DNA of 64,000 nucleotides from Eledone cirrhosa (Eukaryota): positions 143,468,001-143,532,000 of the forward strand of contig OZ024743.1 of assembly GCA_964016885.1 (NCBI GenBank), given 5' to 3'. The notes beneath the pieces are model-generated. The model searched no databases. It worked only from the letters and a program-made list of their open reading frames with translations, and was not told where the DNA came from. Position numbers and translations under genes: made by a program. Positions 26,281-40,009 of this stretch are shown piece after piece; the first letter of the stretch is position 1, and every line of letters begins with the position of its first letter.

Positions 26281-29200
26281 ATTGACACAATGAAAGGTAG
26301 ATTTGGAGAGATTGTAGAGAAGCTTGAACAAATAAAAGTCGATGTGTGCTGTGTACAAGAGACTACATGGAGAGGTATGTCAGCTAAATTTTTCGTAAGC
26401 AAAAAACAATGCTACAAATTTTTCTGGGTGGGAAATGATGACAGGCTAGGGTGAGTAGGGATTCTGGTAGCAGAAAAGTGGGTAAACAAAGTTATTGCTG
26501 TAAATAGAGTATATGACAGAATAATTAAACTTAGACTTGTACTAAATAGAACAACAATAACAATTATATCTGCTTACACTCCTCAATCTGGACTTCCAGA
26601 CATGCTAAAAGACAGGTGCTATGAGTCCATAATACATACTACCTCCCAAATAAATGACAGCAACTTCCTACTCATTGCAGGTGACTTCAACGGGCATGTG
26701 GGGCAACTCTGTGAGGGCTTCAATGGGATCCACAAGGGTTACAGGTTCGGTGCTAGAAATGAGGAAGGCTTCAGACTACTGAAATTCTGCAACACAAATG
26801 ACCTATTAATCTGTAACACGACTTCAAAACACAGGACAACCACTTATAGATCAGGTGATCACGCCAGCCAAACAGATTTCATTCTTACTAGAAGACGAGA
26901 CAGAGTGACTGTTAGGAACACAAAGTCCCTCCTCAGTGAACAATGCACCTCTCAACATAACTTAGTAGTTAATGACTCTGTAAAGTTATGTTGGTACCAC
27001 AAAACATCCAACCCACACTGTAAAGTGGTCATGTAGGAGACACAGTAAAAAGCACTCAGCACACACTGTAAATGCGGTTGCCGTTAGGAAGAGCATCCAA
27101 CCGTAGAAAACCAGCTACAAACAGTCCCCCAACCAAACTTGCCTCAAATGGGACAAACCCATGCTAGGATGGAAGATAGACATTAAATGATAATGATAGT
27201 CAGGACTAGAAGAACCCGACAACAGAAGCTAGCCTGGAGGAGACGAGTATGGAAGTTAAAAGACCCATCAAATAGTAACAAATTTAGAAATATGTTGACT
27301 GACACCTTCGACAGCAAGGAAGAGCAAATAGAGACATACAATATAGAGGAGCAGTGGGAGTTCCTAAAAGGTAACCTACTGAAGGTGACAGATGAAATCT
27401 GTGGTTAGAGTAGATCTCTAGGGAGATAGAAAGTGACTTGATGGTGGAATAGTAAAGTAGACAAGACAATTAAGGCCGAAAGTCACTTGGAAAGATTGGC
27501 TAAATGAGGGTAGCAGAGAAGTTTACCAGAAGGCTAGGAGAGAAACTAGGTGACAAGTTTATCTCGCTAGCAGGGAAGCAGAAAACAAAAATTTAAGCAT
27601 GTTATACAGCATGAGGTGTTCAGGATCACTAGACAGTGTGTCAGAGAAAATTGTAACGTCAGTGGGAAGAAGTGTATCCAAAATGATTTTGGCAAACTTG
27701 CCTTCACTGACACTGAGAAGAAGGTAGCATGGAAGAGCCACTATGTAAGATTACTGAATGAGGAGAATGCATGGGAAGAAGTAAGTTTGTCACAACAGAG
27801 GGACTGGCTGTACAAGTTAGCAGTAGTATAGTAAGTAAGGCAATCAAAAATATGAAGTCAGACAGAGCAGCTGGTCCCTCAGAGATAGTTGCTGAGGTGC
27901 TGAAAACTTCAGGTATGGTGGGCCACTCCATAGTCTCTCGCATTGTAAATGAAGTTATACAAAATGGTGTCACACCCAATGACTAATGTAGCAGTATCAT
28001 CGTAAACTGCTACAAGGGCAATGGTGATGCTCTAGACCAGCGTTCCTCAACCTTTTTACGCTTGAAATAGGTTCATGTCTCAGAGAACCCCTACATAAAA
28101 ATTATTATATACCATTATTAATATCTATCTCTTATATTGACCTAGTTTTAAATAATATAAGAAGTTGAAGCCTTTCTTAAAATAAACAAGGATTTTCCGA
28201 CAATATGCCGTAAATGCATAGTAAAATTACGAATAAAAAATTAAACAAAAATTACTTTTAAGAAATACATTAGTTTATTTACCACTGGTTCTCGCGGAAC
28301 CCCTAGCGACCTCTTGCAGAATCCTAGGGTTCCGGGGAACACCGGTTGAGAAACACTGCTCTAGACAGAGAAAACTATAGAGGCATTAAGTTGGTTGACC
28401 AGGTTATGAAAGTCTCTGAAAGAGTCATAGCTCAGCTATGAAGTTGGATTTGTCCCAGGTCAAAGTACCACAGATGCCCTCTTCCTTGTAAGACAACTGC
28501 AGAAGTACCTAGCTAAGAGTAAGCCCCTCTACTTGGCTTTTGTCGACCATGAGAAAGCTTTTGACAGAGTCTGCCATTCCATTATCTGGTGGGCTCTTAG
28601 AAAACCAGTTGACAAATGACTTGTAAGGACAGATCAAGTCATGTATAGAACAGTCAGCAAGGTCAGAATTAACAATGACTATAGCAAAGAATTTAGTGTG
28701 CAGGTTGGTGTCCATCAGGGCTCTGTTCTAAGCCCTCTCCTGTTATCATTCTGCAGGCAATAACAGAGGAGTTTAAGACTGGCTGCCCATGGGAAATTCT
28801 GTATGCTGATGACCTAACCCTTATAGCCAAATCTAAAGCTGAAATAGAGATGATATTCCAAACCTGGAAGCACTGCCTAAAGGTTTTAAAGTCAACTTGG
28901 CAAAAACTAAAGTCCTAGTGTGGCCTGCTCAGTGTGCATAAAAGGAGTAAGTAGAAATTCCATCCTATGCGTACACAAGAGATGTAGTGGGATCACAGGC
29001 AGGCTAACAAAGAAAGTAGGTTTTACATGTGGCTGGTGCACAGGGGCAGTAAGTAGCAAGAGCCCTCGGGATACAATCACATTCAAATACCCAGAGGGCT
29101 CAGTAGAAGTGGTAGATAGTTTCTGTTACCTGGGTGACCAAATCAGTAGTCGGGGAGGAAAGGAGATTGCGTTGGTATGGATATGTGATGTGTATGAAGA

Positions 29201-29590
29201 ATGACAGCTGTATAAAATGGTGCAGAATGTTCAAAGTTGATGGTACCATGGAGTGGGCAGGTCTAGGAAGACTTCAGATGAGGTAATAAAAGCTGACCTT
29301 ACACAATTACACCTCACCAAGGCAATGACACAGGAACATGACCTCTGGTGCTATGCAGTACTACAGAAGACCAGTCCACTCTGTAAAGTGGTTGTGTAGA
29401 TGACAACAAAAAGCACCTAGCACACAGTAAATGTGGTTGGCATTAGTAAGGGCATCCAGCTATAAAAAACCAAGCCAAAATCAGCCCTGGGTGAGCGAAA
29501 CACAGCCTTCTGACCCGATTCTCTCCCAAAGGGTCAGCCCGTCCTACCCATGCTAGCATGCAAAATGGACATTAAACGATGATGATGATA
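26281..29590 (+). mobile_element. Near-full-length degenerate RTE LINE (APE, RT, 3' tail) with nested insertions
   Basis: DVCCVQETTW, IAGDFNGHVG, DFILTRR, YADD region, (GAT)n tail; many stops and frameshifts. Confidence 0.85.
28038..28358. mobile_element. hAT (Charlie-like) MITE nested in the RTE
   Basis: TIRs CAGCGTTCCTCAACC / GGTTGAGAAACACTG; perfect 8-bp TSD CTCTAGAC. Confidence 0.9.
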
Positions 29591-29748
29591 ATATATTAGG
29601 ATCTGAAAGACTCATCAGTCCAAATGAGCATGAAACTACATATAGTGCTGATGCCAGAATAAAACTCCTTCAGTTCACCCTATAAGGTGGTAGTGGTGGA
29701 TCTCAAATACAGTCAGTCCTGACTAAAGTTACACTTTAATATTAAAAA

Positions 29749-29970
29749 AGGGCGGTGGATTGGCAGTATTGGTAGAGGGTCGGACGCCATGCTTTGCAGC
29801 ATAGAGTTACGCCCCTTTATGATCTGAATTCAAATCCCACTGAGGTTAACTTTGCCTCTCATCCTTACAGGGTCGATAAAATAAACCACCAGTCATGCAC
29901 TGGGGTCAATTTAATTGACTTTCCCCTCCTCCAAAATTGCTGGCCTTGTGCCTACATAAGAAACCAATAT
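29749..29970 (+). mobile_element. tRNA-derived SINE (family of 18827-19950)
   Basis: Full head and core. Confidence 0.8.
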
Positions 29971-32186
29971 TAAAATCATTACAAACATACAAATTGGACA
30001 TGTTTCTATTTTAGTTTTATAACAATAAAACTTCTAACACCCTAAGCATACTTTATTTTATTCATTCATCTATTCTACTTTGACATCTCTTAAGTTATGG
30101 GACATAAACAAACAACCTCTACATGTTGCAACAAGCCAGAAAGGGAAGCTTTTACATGGTTACATGACGTGCTAGAAATTTTAGCCAAATATCCCTTAAA
30201 GCACGCCTTACCTTAAATAAAGGAAACTTTAGGTTGTTGTTCTTAGGTATCCTCAAATTGGAGATCTTGCTAAAATTCTTGCAAAAGAGCAAACTCCATT
30301 AAAAGCACACAAGAGTTAGATAGTGATGCTAGACTAGGTGATGGATTAAGCCCACCACCTGTTGTTGATTAATTAGTTTTTGACCTGAGGTTAAACAATA
30401 ACAAAGGGAATGATTATATGAAGCTACAGGACAGTCACTCACAGCTGGAATGCCTTTAATCATAGTTTTGCTTGATCAGGGTTGACCTGGGGCTAAACAA
30501 CAATATTTTATGTTAACACTTCAACAAATCTTGGGGCCTCTAAGGCAAGAAGCTATCTTCAAACCACAATACTTGCAACAGAGTGGACTCTGCTACAGAC
30601 ACCAAAAGGCCAGGCAGTGGTGTTAAAGTGGGTGACTAATCAAATCTACCATCCAAGGGGGCACCAGCAGGATTTGAATTCAGAACGCAAAGAGCCAAAA
30701 CAAAATATCATATGGCATATTTTTGAATACTCCTACAATTTCGCCAACCCACTCTCCTAGACTGGCACTTTATTTCATTCACCCTAAAAGGATGAAAGAC
30801 AAAGTTGACTCAGAGTACAAAGATCCAAAACAATTACTCCAAGGCATTTTGTCCAATTCCAACAACTGTCAATTTCCCACCCTTTAGCTAAACTATCTTA
30901 GTAAGTAGAATAAACCAGCAATGTGTGATATAATTCTCTCACTCCTATCTGTTCAAACCATACTCATAGGTATTGTTCTCAAAATTGCATAGATATTATG
31001 TAAGATAATACATAATATACTGTGAAAATACAACAGTAAATATAGAACAATGTAAATTCTAGTGGAGAATGTTCTCACACCTTCTGCCCAGGTCATTCTT
31101 TACCTTCCTTCTACTTAGAACACCTAGCATTTCTTAACCTAACAATCAATGTGTGTCACAAGTCACAAGTAAACTCAGATCAATCCCGCTTCATGAAACA
31201 AGTAAATGAATCTTAGATGTAAATATTTGCTGATATACCTAGAACAAAATAATAAGTACTCAAAGTAAACTGACAACAGTGAAACAAAAATACATCAATA
31301 GTATACTAAGCTATGATGAGGTTTAAAAATAAATAGTTATGATGTACTATTATGTCACTAAAAAAACAAATTATTTGGATTATTGAGTCTTCCATAAACT
31401 TTTTGCTACAATATTTCTAATATTTTTTTCCATCTCCAGGAGGTACATTACCCAATTTTCTCTATTTGATCAACTATTATTACTATTATGGTCATTTGCA
31501 TTGAGATACACAAATTTCAAATTTTTGTAATGCTTCTTAAGTCAACTGCTTTGTTCACACTTCTAGCTAAAGGCTAAAATCTTCTAAAAAGACAGAATTG
31601 GTGGCCAACAGCTATTTAACAGTGGTTAATACAGTCAACAACCAACAGATGAGGGGTTTTACCCCCATTCACTTTTTTAGGTCTCCAAGAGAACATTAAC
31701 CAATATCCTTCACTACTATTATAATTTACGTTGGAACACACACATTCAGAAAATCTCTTAGAAAAATTGAATAAAATATCCATATAGATGGAAAAAAAGT
31801 GTCTAGTAGATGCTACAGAGAATCCGATGCTGTATCTATTGAACAGCGCCTGATTTTCTAAGCTATTATTTATAGCGATCATCTGCTGTTGCAGTTATTT
31901 TCTGAGTTTGGAATTCCCACAAGCACATCAATAATTCGTAAGATTTGTTTACTTTCAGCTCCAGCCACAAGCTGTATAGTATAGTACCTTAGACAGAATA
32001 TGCTGTCAGCTGCCCTTAATGTAATGGTTAACACACTTGTAAAGTATTTAAGAGATATAGAATTCAATTCTCTGTAGCAGCTGCTGGCCACTTTTTCCCA
32101 TCTATAAGGAGTATTTTACCTGATTTCATAAGTTATTTATAGTGATTGACTTGTTACACTTATTTTCTGCATTTGGGATCCTCACA

Positions 32187-32226
<40 letters not shown>

Positions 32227-32231
<5 letters not shown>

Positions 32232-33162
32232 CTAAAGTTCTAGTTTGTAGGAAGGAAAATAGGGCACCGGTCCTATCTGGGAAATGGCCATGCTCAGTAT
32301 GTAGGAAAGGAGTAGGCAGAAACTCCATTTTATGTCCCAAATGCAAAGTATGGGTGCATAAAAGATGTGGGATCACAGGTAAGCTAACTAAGAATATAGA
32401 TTTTATGTTGCCGGTGCTCTGGTGCAATAAGTAGCAGCAAGCGCCCACAGAATACTAGCTCATTCCATTGCACAGATGGTACTAAAGAAATAGTGGACAG
32501 CTTCCGTTACCTGGGTGACAAAATCAGCAGTGGGCGAGGGTGCTCTGAAAGTACAGTAGCTAGAGTCAGAACAGCATGGAAAAGGTTCAGAGAGCTTATA
32601 CAACTATTGGCCGCTAAAGGGTTCTCTCTAAAAGTGAAAGGCAGGCTGTATGATGCCTGCATACGGACAGCAATGTTACATGGCAGTGAGACCTGGGCAT
32701 TGTGTGCAGAGGATATACGCAGACTGGAGAGAAACGAAGCTTGCATGCTCCGCTGGATGTGTAATAGTAATATACGTGAACGGCAAAGCATAAACGAACT
32801 AAGGGAGAAATTAGGAATAAGAGGGATCAGATGTTGTTTACTCGAGAGAAGACTACGTTGGTACGGTCACGTGATGCGCATGAAAGACGACAGCTGTATA
32901 AAAAAGTGCAGGGCGATAAAAATAGACAGTAGCCACGGAGTAGGCAGACCCAGAAAAACCTGGGACGACTTGATAAATTCCGACCTCACACACTTACACC
33001 TCTCCAAGACAATGTCACTGGACCAAGATCTTTGGCGCTACACAGTCATACAGAAGACCCGCCTTGCCTAAGTACAAAGCGAAACCTACAGTCAGTAGGC
33101 ACCTCTAACAAAATACAAGCATGGAAGATGGACGTTAAACAATGATGATGATGATGATGATA
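32227..33162 (+). mobile_element. 5'-truncated RTE LINE
   Basis: FRYLGD...LHGSETW...[10 protein letters not shown]...GRPRKTW; (TA)n upstream, (GAT)n tail. Confidence 0.9.
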
Positions 33163-35675
33163 CATATAACAAATAAAAATTCATATAAAATAGATTTCTT
33201 TTTTAATCAGTTAAAACAACAAACATTTTTTAAAAAGAAAAAATAGAAAAAAAGAAATTTAGAAGCAAATAAAGTTTGAGCAATGAAAAAATGCCTGATA
33301 AAACAGTTTTCATCAAACAACTACAGAGGAATCTTTTTTTTTTTTTTTTCATTTCAAAGTTTAAGTTTTCTTTTGCATTTTTTTTTTTATTGTTTTAAGT
33401 TTTTAAATAATCCAAAGAAAACATCGGCACATGATAACAAACATTCGATTGTTTGTTTGTTTTTTGTTAATCTATACAATAACCCTTAAGTCTTCTGGAA
33501 TTAATTAGTTGATTCTGTATAGATCTGATGAAACAAGACTGGGCAAAAATAACAATTTTTAAAAATAGTAATTAGTCTTGTTGAGGACATGATAAACCTC
33601 TCTAGTGATGGTGCCATGATGGAATCTATGAACTACACTCTGTAAAGTGGTTGTTGATCAAATAGTGACAATGTAGGGTAGAAAAAAGACTTGTCAACCT
33701 TAAGTGAAGTGTTGACATCACAATAAAATGCACCCAATTCACTCTATAAAGTGGAAATGTTAGAAAGAATACCTAGTTGTAGCAACTATGCCTAAATTTG
33801 GAACGTACAAGCCTGACATAGTCACCTGACCCATTTAAGAAGACAATGACTGAATATGAATTGACCCAGGCATTGACAACTCATCTAAACATGGCAAGCA
33901 GATGTAAAATGATGATGAAGATTCTAGTTTTATCCAACTATGAGCCCTACACTCCTGTTGGCATTGTAATGACACAATCAAGACATACAATGTGTCTTGG
34001 GCATTTTAAATCTGATGGAGCCCATCCCTCTCCAGGCCAAGTCTAAACACAGCTGACTTGAAGAAAAAAAATGAAAAGAAGCCAGAACTAATACAGCAAA
34101 GCATTCTATATGAGATTCTAACAACTGTGCCAAATTTCCACTTATGTTATCTACTTTCATACAAAATGCCCAAAATACATAAACTATGAATTTCTTTACC
34201 AAAAGTACATTTCTCACCACAAGTAAATATTTGGAAAAAAAGAAAGCAGCTGATCGTCAGATCAAACCAAGGCAATAATGTTTCCATTGGTCTTTCCATG
34301 GCTAATACTTTCTTCCAGTTGCAAAGCCAAGCAGGATGAAGCAAGATTTGAACTCAGAATACACAGAACAGGATCAGATATCATAAAGCATCCCGTCCAA
34401 TCCATCATCCCATGACTGCTGCTTTATCAACCTTGAATGGATGAAAAGTAAAGTTGATCTAAGGTGGAATGGAACACATGGGGCAGTGAGCTAAAACAAA
34501 TACCAAGGCATTTAATCTGACAGCCTAGCGACTTTGCTAAAAACAAAACATGGGGTTGGAGGAAAAGGAGAAATAGAGTATCCAAAGCAAATTGATGCCC
34601 ATCATGAAATAATTTAATCAAGAAAAACAAATAGTGTCTTAATGTGTTTACTTTTGATAAATACATCACAAATTGATGTTCCTCCCTAGTAAATAACTGA
34701 AATGTTGAATAATCATTAGATATAGCAAAGAATAGGATAATAAACTTTAGATTTTCAAACACCAATAGTATATATAGCTTCTAATGTTTATGAAGTACTG
34801 TTCACTGACCATAGAACAAATGGAATCTTAGGAACAATGCTGTCATGAAAATGTCTTGAGCATTTTAAGCCAGGTAGCACCCATCCCTCTCCAGGTTTAA
34901 ACCCAGTCAATTTCTTCCATAGAAGAATCAACTACAATAGTAGACTGGTACTTTATTTATCAACTCCAAAAGAATGAAAGACAAAGCTTTGAACTCAGAG
35001 TGCAGAGAACTGGAATAAATACTGCCAAGCATTTTATCTGACATTTTAACAACTGGAATAAATACTGCCAAGCATTTTATCTGACATTTTAACACCTCTT
35101 CAAATTTTCCACCTTATGTAAAAAGTTTTCTAAACAAAACTAGACATTTATAAGAGGAAGAGTGAAATGAGATTTTGTGATATTCATGCCGTTACTCAAA
35201 AGCATTACCAAAATATATTAAATGAATATCAGAGATTTGGCTTACAGATTCTGGCTCAGCACAAGAGTAGTCTCTTGCTCTCTACAACACTGATGCCACT
35301 GCTGAAGTATGGCATTAATTACTGTTTTAGCCAGTAAAAGACAGACAGTGCCTATTAAGCTTTTTCAGTGTCTGAGACAAGTGGCATGAAGAAATGTAAC
35401 CTCAAACCAAAGACCTAACTTGAATGCTTGTAACATCCAAGAGCCAGGTGATGGATTAACTCTACCACCCAAGTAGGCCACAACAGGACTAAATTCAGAA
35501 TGCATAAAAACTAGAACTACTACATCTCATTTGATGTTTTAATAATTCTCCACTCTGGAATAGTACTTTATATTAACTCAAAATGAATGAAAAGCATAGT
35601 TAATTGTGGCAGTATTTCAATTCAGAGTGTAGAGAGCTTGAACAAATACCAGAAGGTTTTTGTCCAACGTTCTAA

Positions 35676-36012
35676 CGACTGTCAACACCCCATCTGTGTG
35701 TTACACTGTTGACACTCCATCTATAATTATTACACTGCCAACTCACTATCTAATGTTATACTGCCACCACACTACCAATAATGTTATGCTGCCAACACAC
35801 CACCTATAATGTTTTACACTATCAATACACCTGTGTGTGTGTTATACTGCCAACACATCACTTATGATGTGTTACACTGCCAATACACTGCCTATGATGT
35901 GCTAAACTGCAAATCATATCACCCAACACACTGCCTATGATGTGCAAATCATATCACTCTTAAATGTGTTACACTTCCAACATACCATCTATTGATATAC
36001 TGCCAATTATAC
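35676..36012. repeat. Degenerate ~30-bp minisatellite
   Basis: Repeated ttacactgccaacacaccacctataatg-like units. Confidence 0.75.
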
Positions 36013-36591
36013 CATGAAAATTTATCACGAAAAAAAAAAAAAAAAATTTTTTTATTAATTAAAAGAACAAAATAATGCTCATTACTCTAATTTCTATCTT
36101 AAAGAAGTAATAAAAAAAAATTTAATGCTAAAGAAAGGGAAAAAAAAATCAGGAATGGAAAGGAACTGATTGTTAGACCGGACCAAGAAATCAATGTTTC
36201 TATTGGTCTTTCCATTGCTTATACTAAATGCTGGTTACAACTCCTGGCAGAATGCAGCAGCATCTGAACTCAGAAGACAGAGTGGTATCGGATACCACAA
36301 AGCATCTCGTTCAACTTTTTAACAATTCTGTCAATCCTCAGTCTCTAAATTAATATTTCATTTATCGACCCGAAAAGATGAAAGGCAACGTTAGCTTCAG
36401 CAGGACTTGAAGTGAGAATTTAATTTGACACCCTGACAACTTAACCAATTTGTTACCAAAGTAAATAAATTTTTTTAAATACTTAAGTGAAATTAAATAC
36501 TAAATATTAATCCTTTTGTTTATCATATTTCTAATGAAAGACACTATGAAGACACTGCCAATGATTTTTTATATAAATATAAATACTTTAA

Positions 36592-36806
36592 CCCTTTAGC
36601 ATATACATTACTCTATATTTACTATTATATTTTCATGGTAAAGGCTTTATCTCATATCTCACATAACATCAAATCTATGAGATGTTGAGGTTATTTATTT
36701 TGAGAAAAATACCTTAATGTCAGTATGAGCAGCCAGTTACAGCCAGCTTGAACAGAAAGTAGTAAGAGAATTCTGGCCGGATATGGCTGGTTTAAATGCT
36801 AAAGGG
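36592..36806. mobile_element. piggyBac-type MITE
   Basis: TTAA|CCCTTTAGCAT...ATGCTAAAGGG|TTAA. Confidence 0.8.
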
Positions 36807-37399
36807 TTAAAACACCCTCTGAGGAATAAGTGGTCGAAGAAGTATGGGTTCATATCTCATCAAAGGTGCTGTACTGAGATATTTCAGTTATGCCGCTGCT
36901 TATTACTGATTCATATACCATCTTTTCTTAAGCTAAGGTCGCTATTTTGTAGAGAAACTTTGTTGTATTAAATAAATCGCTAGACAAAATATGTCCATTA
37001 AAGTTTGTATCATTTGCATGTCAAAAATGTAATTTTCTCTTTTCATACATTGATATAATATGAAATTTACGCTCACACACATACTTACACTATCAGAAAA
37101 CTGCCCAAATGAAAGTATATCTTGCTTGTCCATCATATTTTATATTAAAAAAACTTTAATGTTCCCAAAACTAGCTTAATAATGAGAAAGTTTTATTATT
37201 AAATCCTTTCAAATTCTCAATTATTTTCAAAATCATAGACATTGTCATTCATTAGAACTATGTTAATGATAGAGTTAAATCATTTTATGTCCATTTTCTA
37301 AGCTGGCAGGACAGGTTGTTACAGTTCAAGTCAGCTGTTATTCAAAGTTACTGACCCATCTAGGAGTGTAGTAACTAAAAATTCTGAAAATAATTATTC

Positions 37400-37757
37400 T
37401 TTATTCTTTTAATAGTTTCAGTCATTATTAGTCTGTGGTCATGCTGGGGTGCCACTTTGAAAAGATTTAGTTAAACATATTGACCCCAGTACTTATTTTT
37501 TTGTTTTCCAAGTTTGCTGAACCACTACGTTACAAGACATAAATAGTAAACATAAATACAGACATGGGTACACAGAAACGTGCGTGTGTGTGTGTGTGTG
37601 TGTATATATGTGTGTATATACACACACACAATTTTCATTCACAAAGCATTGGTCAACCCAACATCAATAAAAGACACTCTTCCAAGGTGCCACACAGTGA
37701 AACTGAACATAAAACTATGATTGTGAAGCAAGATCCTTAACCACACAGCCATGCCCC
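37400..37757 (-). mobile_element. tRNA-derived SINE with CR1-like tail (related copies near 4655-5200 and 50270-50610)
   Basis: Head ggcatggctgtgtggttaag; tail tcttttaatagtttcagtcatt...gtggtcatgctggggtgccact resembles the CR1-like 3' end at 54259-54310. Confidence 0.6.
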
Positions 37758-40009
37758 TACACCTATATGTAATTTATATTTAGATAAAAGTTAACATTTT
37801 GTGGATGATTTTTTTTTTTTTTTTTCAAGAATAAATGTATTTTTCTTCAAAAAAATATATATTTGTGGGGGTTGATATATCATTCCTATCAGCAATGAAC
37901 ACTTGTATTTTTGGTTAAAGTGAAAACTGAAATAGCAATAAACAGAGAGTTCCAACAGACTGAAATATCTGTGGCAGTTCCAGTCTATTTCCTGCTAGAG
38001 ACAACTCCACAGCAGACATCTTTGTCTGTGATGAATACACAGCAAGATGGCTATACTAAGATGTCAGACAAGAGTCTCTCATATACAATCGTACAATGAG
38101 CTGCACTCTAACAGTCACAATAACATGTAATTGTAGATATTAAAAGACATTGTACATAATGTCTTGGCTGGGAATATCATTATAACTTTTCCAAAAATAA
38201 ACACCTATTCTAATATTAGAAGAGTTAGATGTACTTACTGAATTTTAGCAGAGAACATCTAAATCAGTGCCAACATGTAAACAACAAACCAGTTGTTCTT
38301 AAAGAGCCCAGAAAATAGTTCAAGAAGTTTATGAAAGAACATTTAAGAACTGTTCCAAACCCTAATAATGAGAAAGTTAGTTATATTACTAAATGTTTTC
38401 AAATTCTTGATTATTTTCTAAATGCCCATACATATTAATTAGCTCCATGCTAATTGATAGGTATAGATAGGCTAAATAAGGTGGACCTGTTAGTTTAAGC
38501 CTATAATTTTGAGGAGGTTGAGGTTCTGCTCACCGAGAGTTTAAGCTTTTTTAAATTCTATTCTGATACTTATAGGTACATCATATACATGTAGTCTACA
38601 TGTAGGCCTTGGTATGAGCTATAACAGTAGAAATCTACAGTAATCAGTATGTATCTAAACACTTGTCCTTGTATTGGCATTCACCTAGGATGGGTTGAAG
38701 TGGCTCCAACCAGTGAATCCACAACATTGCAAACATGCATGGCAGATTGTAAGCCAGTCATGATTCCAACAGCAGGCACCATATATGTGAGGACTTGATA
38801 TTAAATCAAGATCTAATTTGATTGTGCCAATCCATATTTTCAACTGTCTACTTCTATTTACACATGATGCAAATCACAGTCCTTTTCAAACAATCACACT
38901 GAAAGAAACAGAAGTTTTGAAAAATTACATAAGGTAAAATGTAGTTATATTATTAAATTCTTTATTTTCAGAATTAATTAAAATAGTGTCTTTCATTAGA
39001 AATATAGCCACAAAAGGGCTAAAAACTAAATTATTAATTTAACATCTGAGATATATACTGTCCAACAAAAAGAGTAGTGTTTTCTCCTCCCCTGTTGCTC
39101 ATCCCCCATTGTGTGCGCGCGCATGTGTATTGTCTTGTGTTACAGAAGTTAAATAAAAATTTTCTCACATTTTAAAATGAAAGTAAATGAAATTATTAAT
39201 TCTAATCAAAGTGACAGCTGACTTTAAAATCTATGAAAAATATGGGAACTAGAAGGGGTGTATTGAAAGAGATGGAATAAACTTCTTAGTTTCAACAATG
39301 AGTAATCCAGTTGTTTGATCAATGGAACAGCCTGCTTGTGAAAATCACATGCAAGTGGCTGAGTATTTTACAGAAACATGTACCCATAAGGTAATTCTCA
39401 GGGAAATCCGGCATGATTCAGTGGTGACAAGGCTATCCCTTTCAATTCCAGGTACAGTTCATCTGACAGGCTTCGAAACAGTTTCCATATACCCAATTTC
39501 ACTAATAAGGTTTAAGTTAACTTGAGGTTATGGGAACAAAATGTATCTGTCCAAGATGCCATGCAGTAGAATCAAAACAGGGAATTAATGATTGTGAAAC
39601 AAATTCCATAATCATTCAGCCATGCATATATATTTTGAAAATCTTGAGAGCAACAGGGATTATCAATACATATTGATTGTCTGTAAAATAGCTATTTTTT
39701 AACTTTTACTTCATCTTTCAACTGCACTGAAACTCTTCTTCTGTTCATAAAAATAAAATATTTTTTGAAACACAATTTGGGGGAAAAAAAGGGTGAATTC
39801 AACTCTTGAGAGTTAAAAAAAAAATTGTAAATATTTATTTAAAAAACAGATTTCATGAAAGAATGAGACAGAAAAGAAAATGATGAGTTTCTTTTGTTTT
39901 AAATACATGGGGGTGGGGGTTCTCATAGATGGAATAGCTGTAAAAAGAAAGCATTATACAGAAGTTTCAGTTTGATCAAATTGGTAATAACAATTCAAAT
40001 TAATTTAGT

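Noticed and set aside
31616-32091. Two short - strand ORFs in unique-looking sequence
   Set aside because: No recognisable motif or convincing splice context
35008-35093. Exact ~43-bp tandem duplication
   Set aside because: Simple slippage inside a decayed SINE
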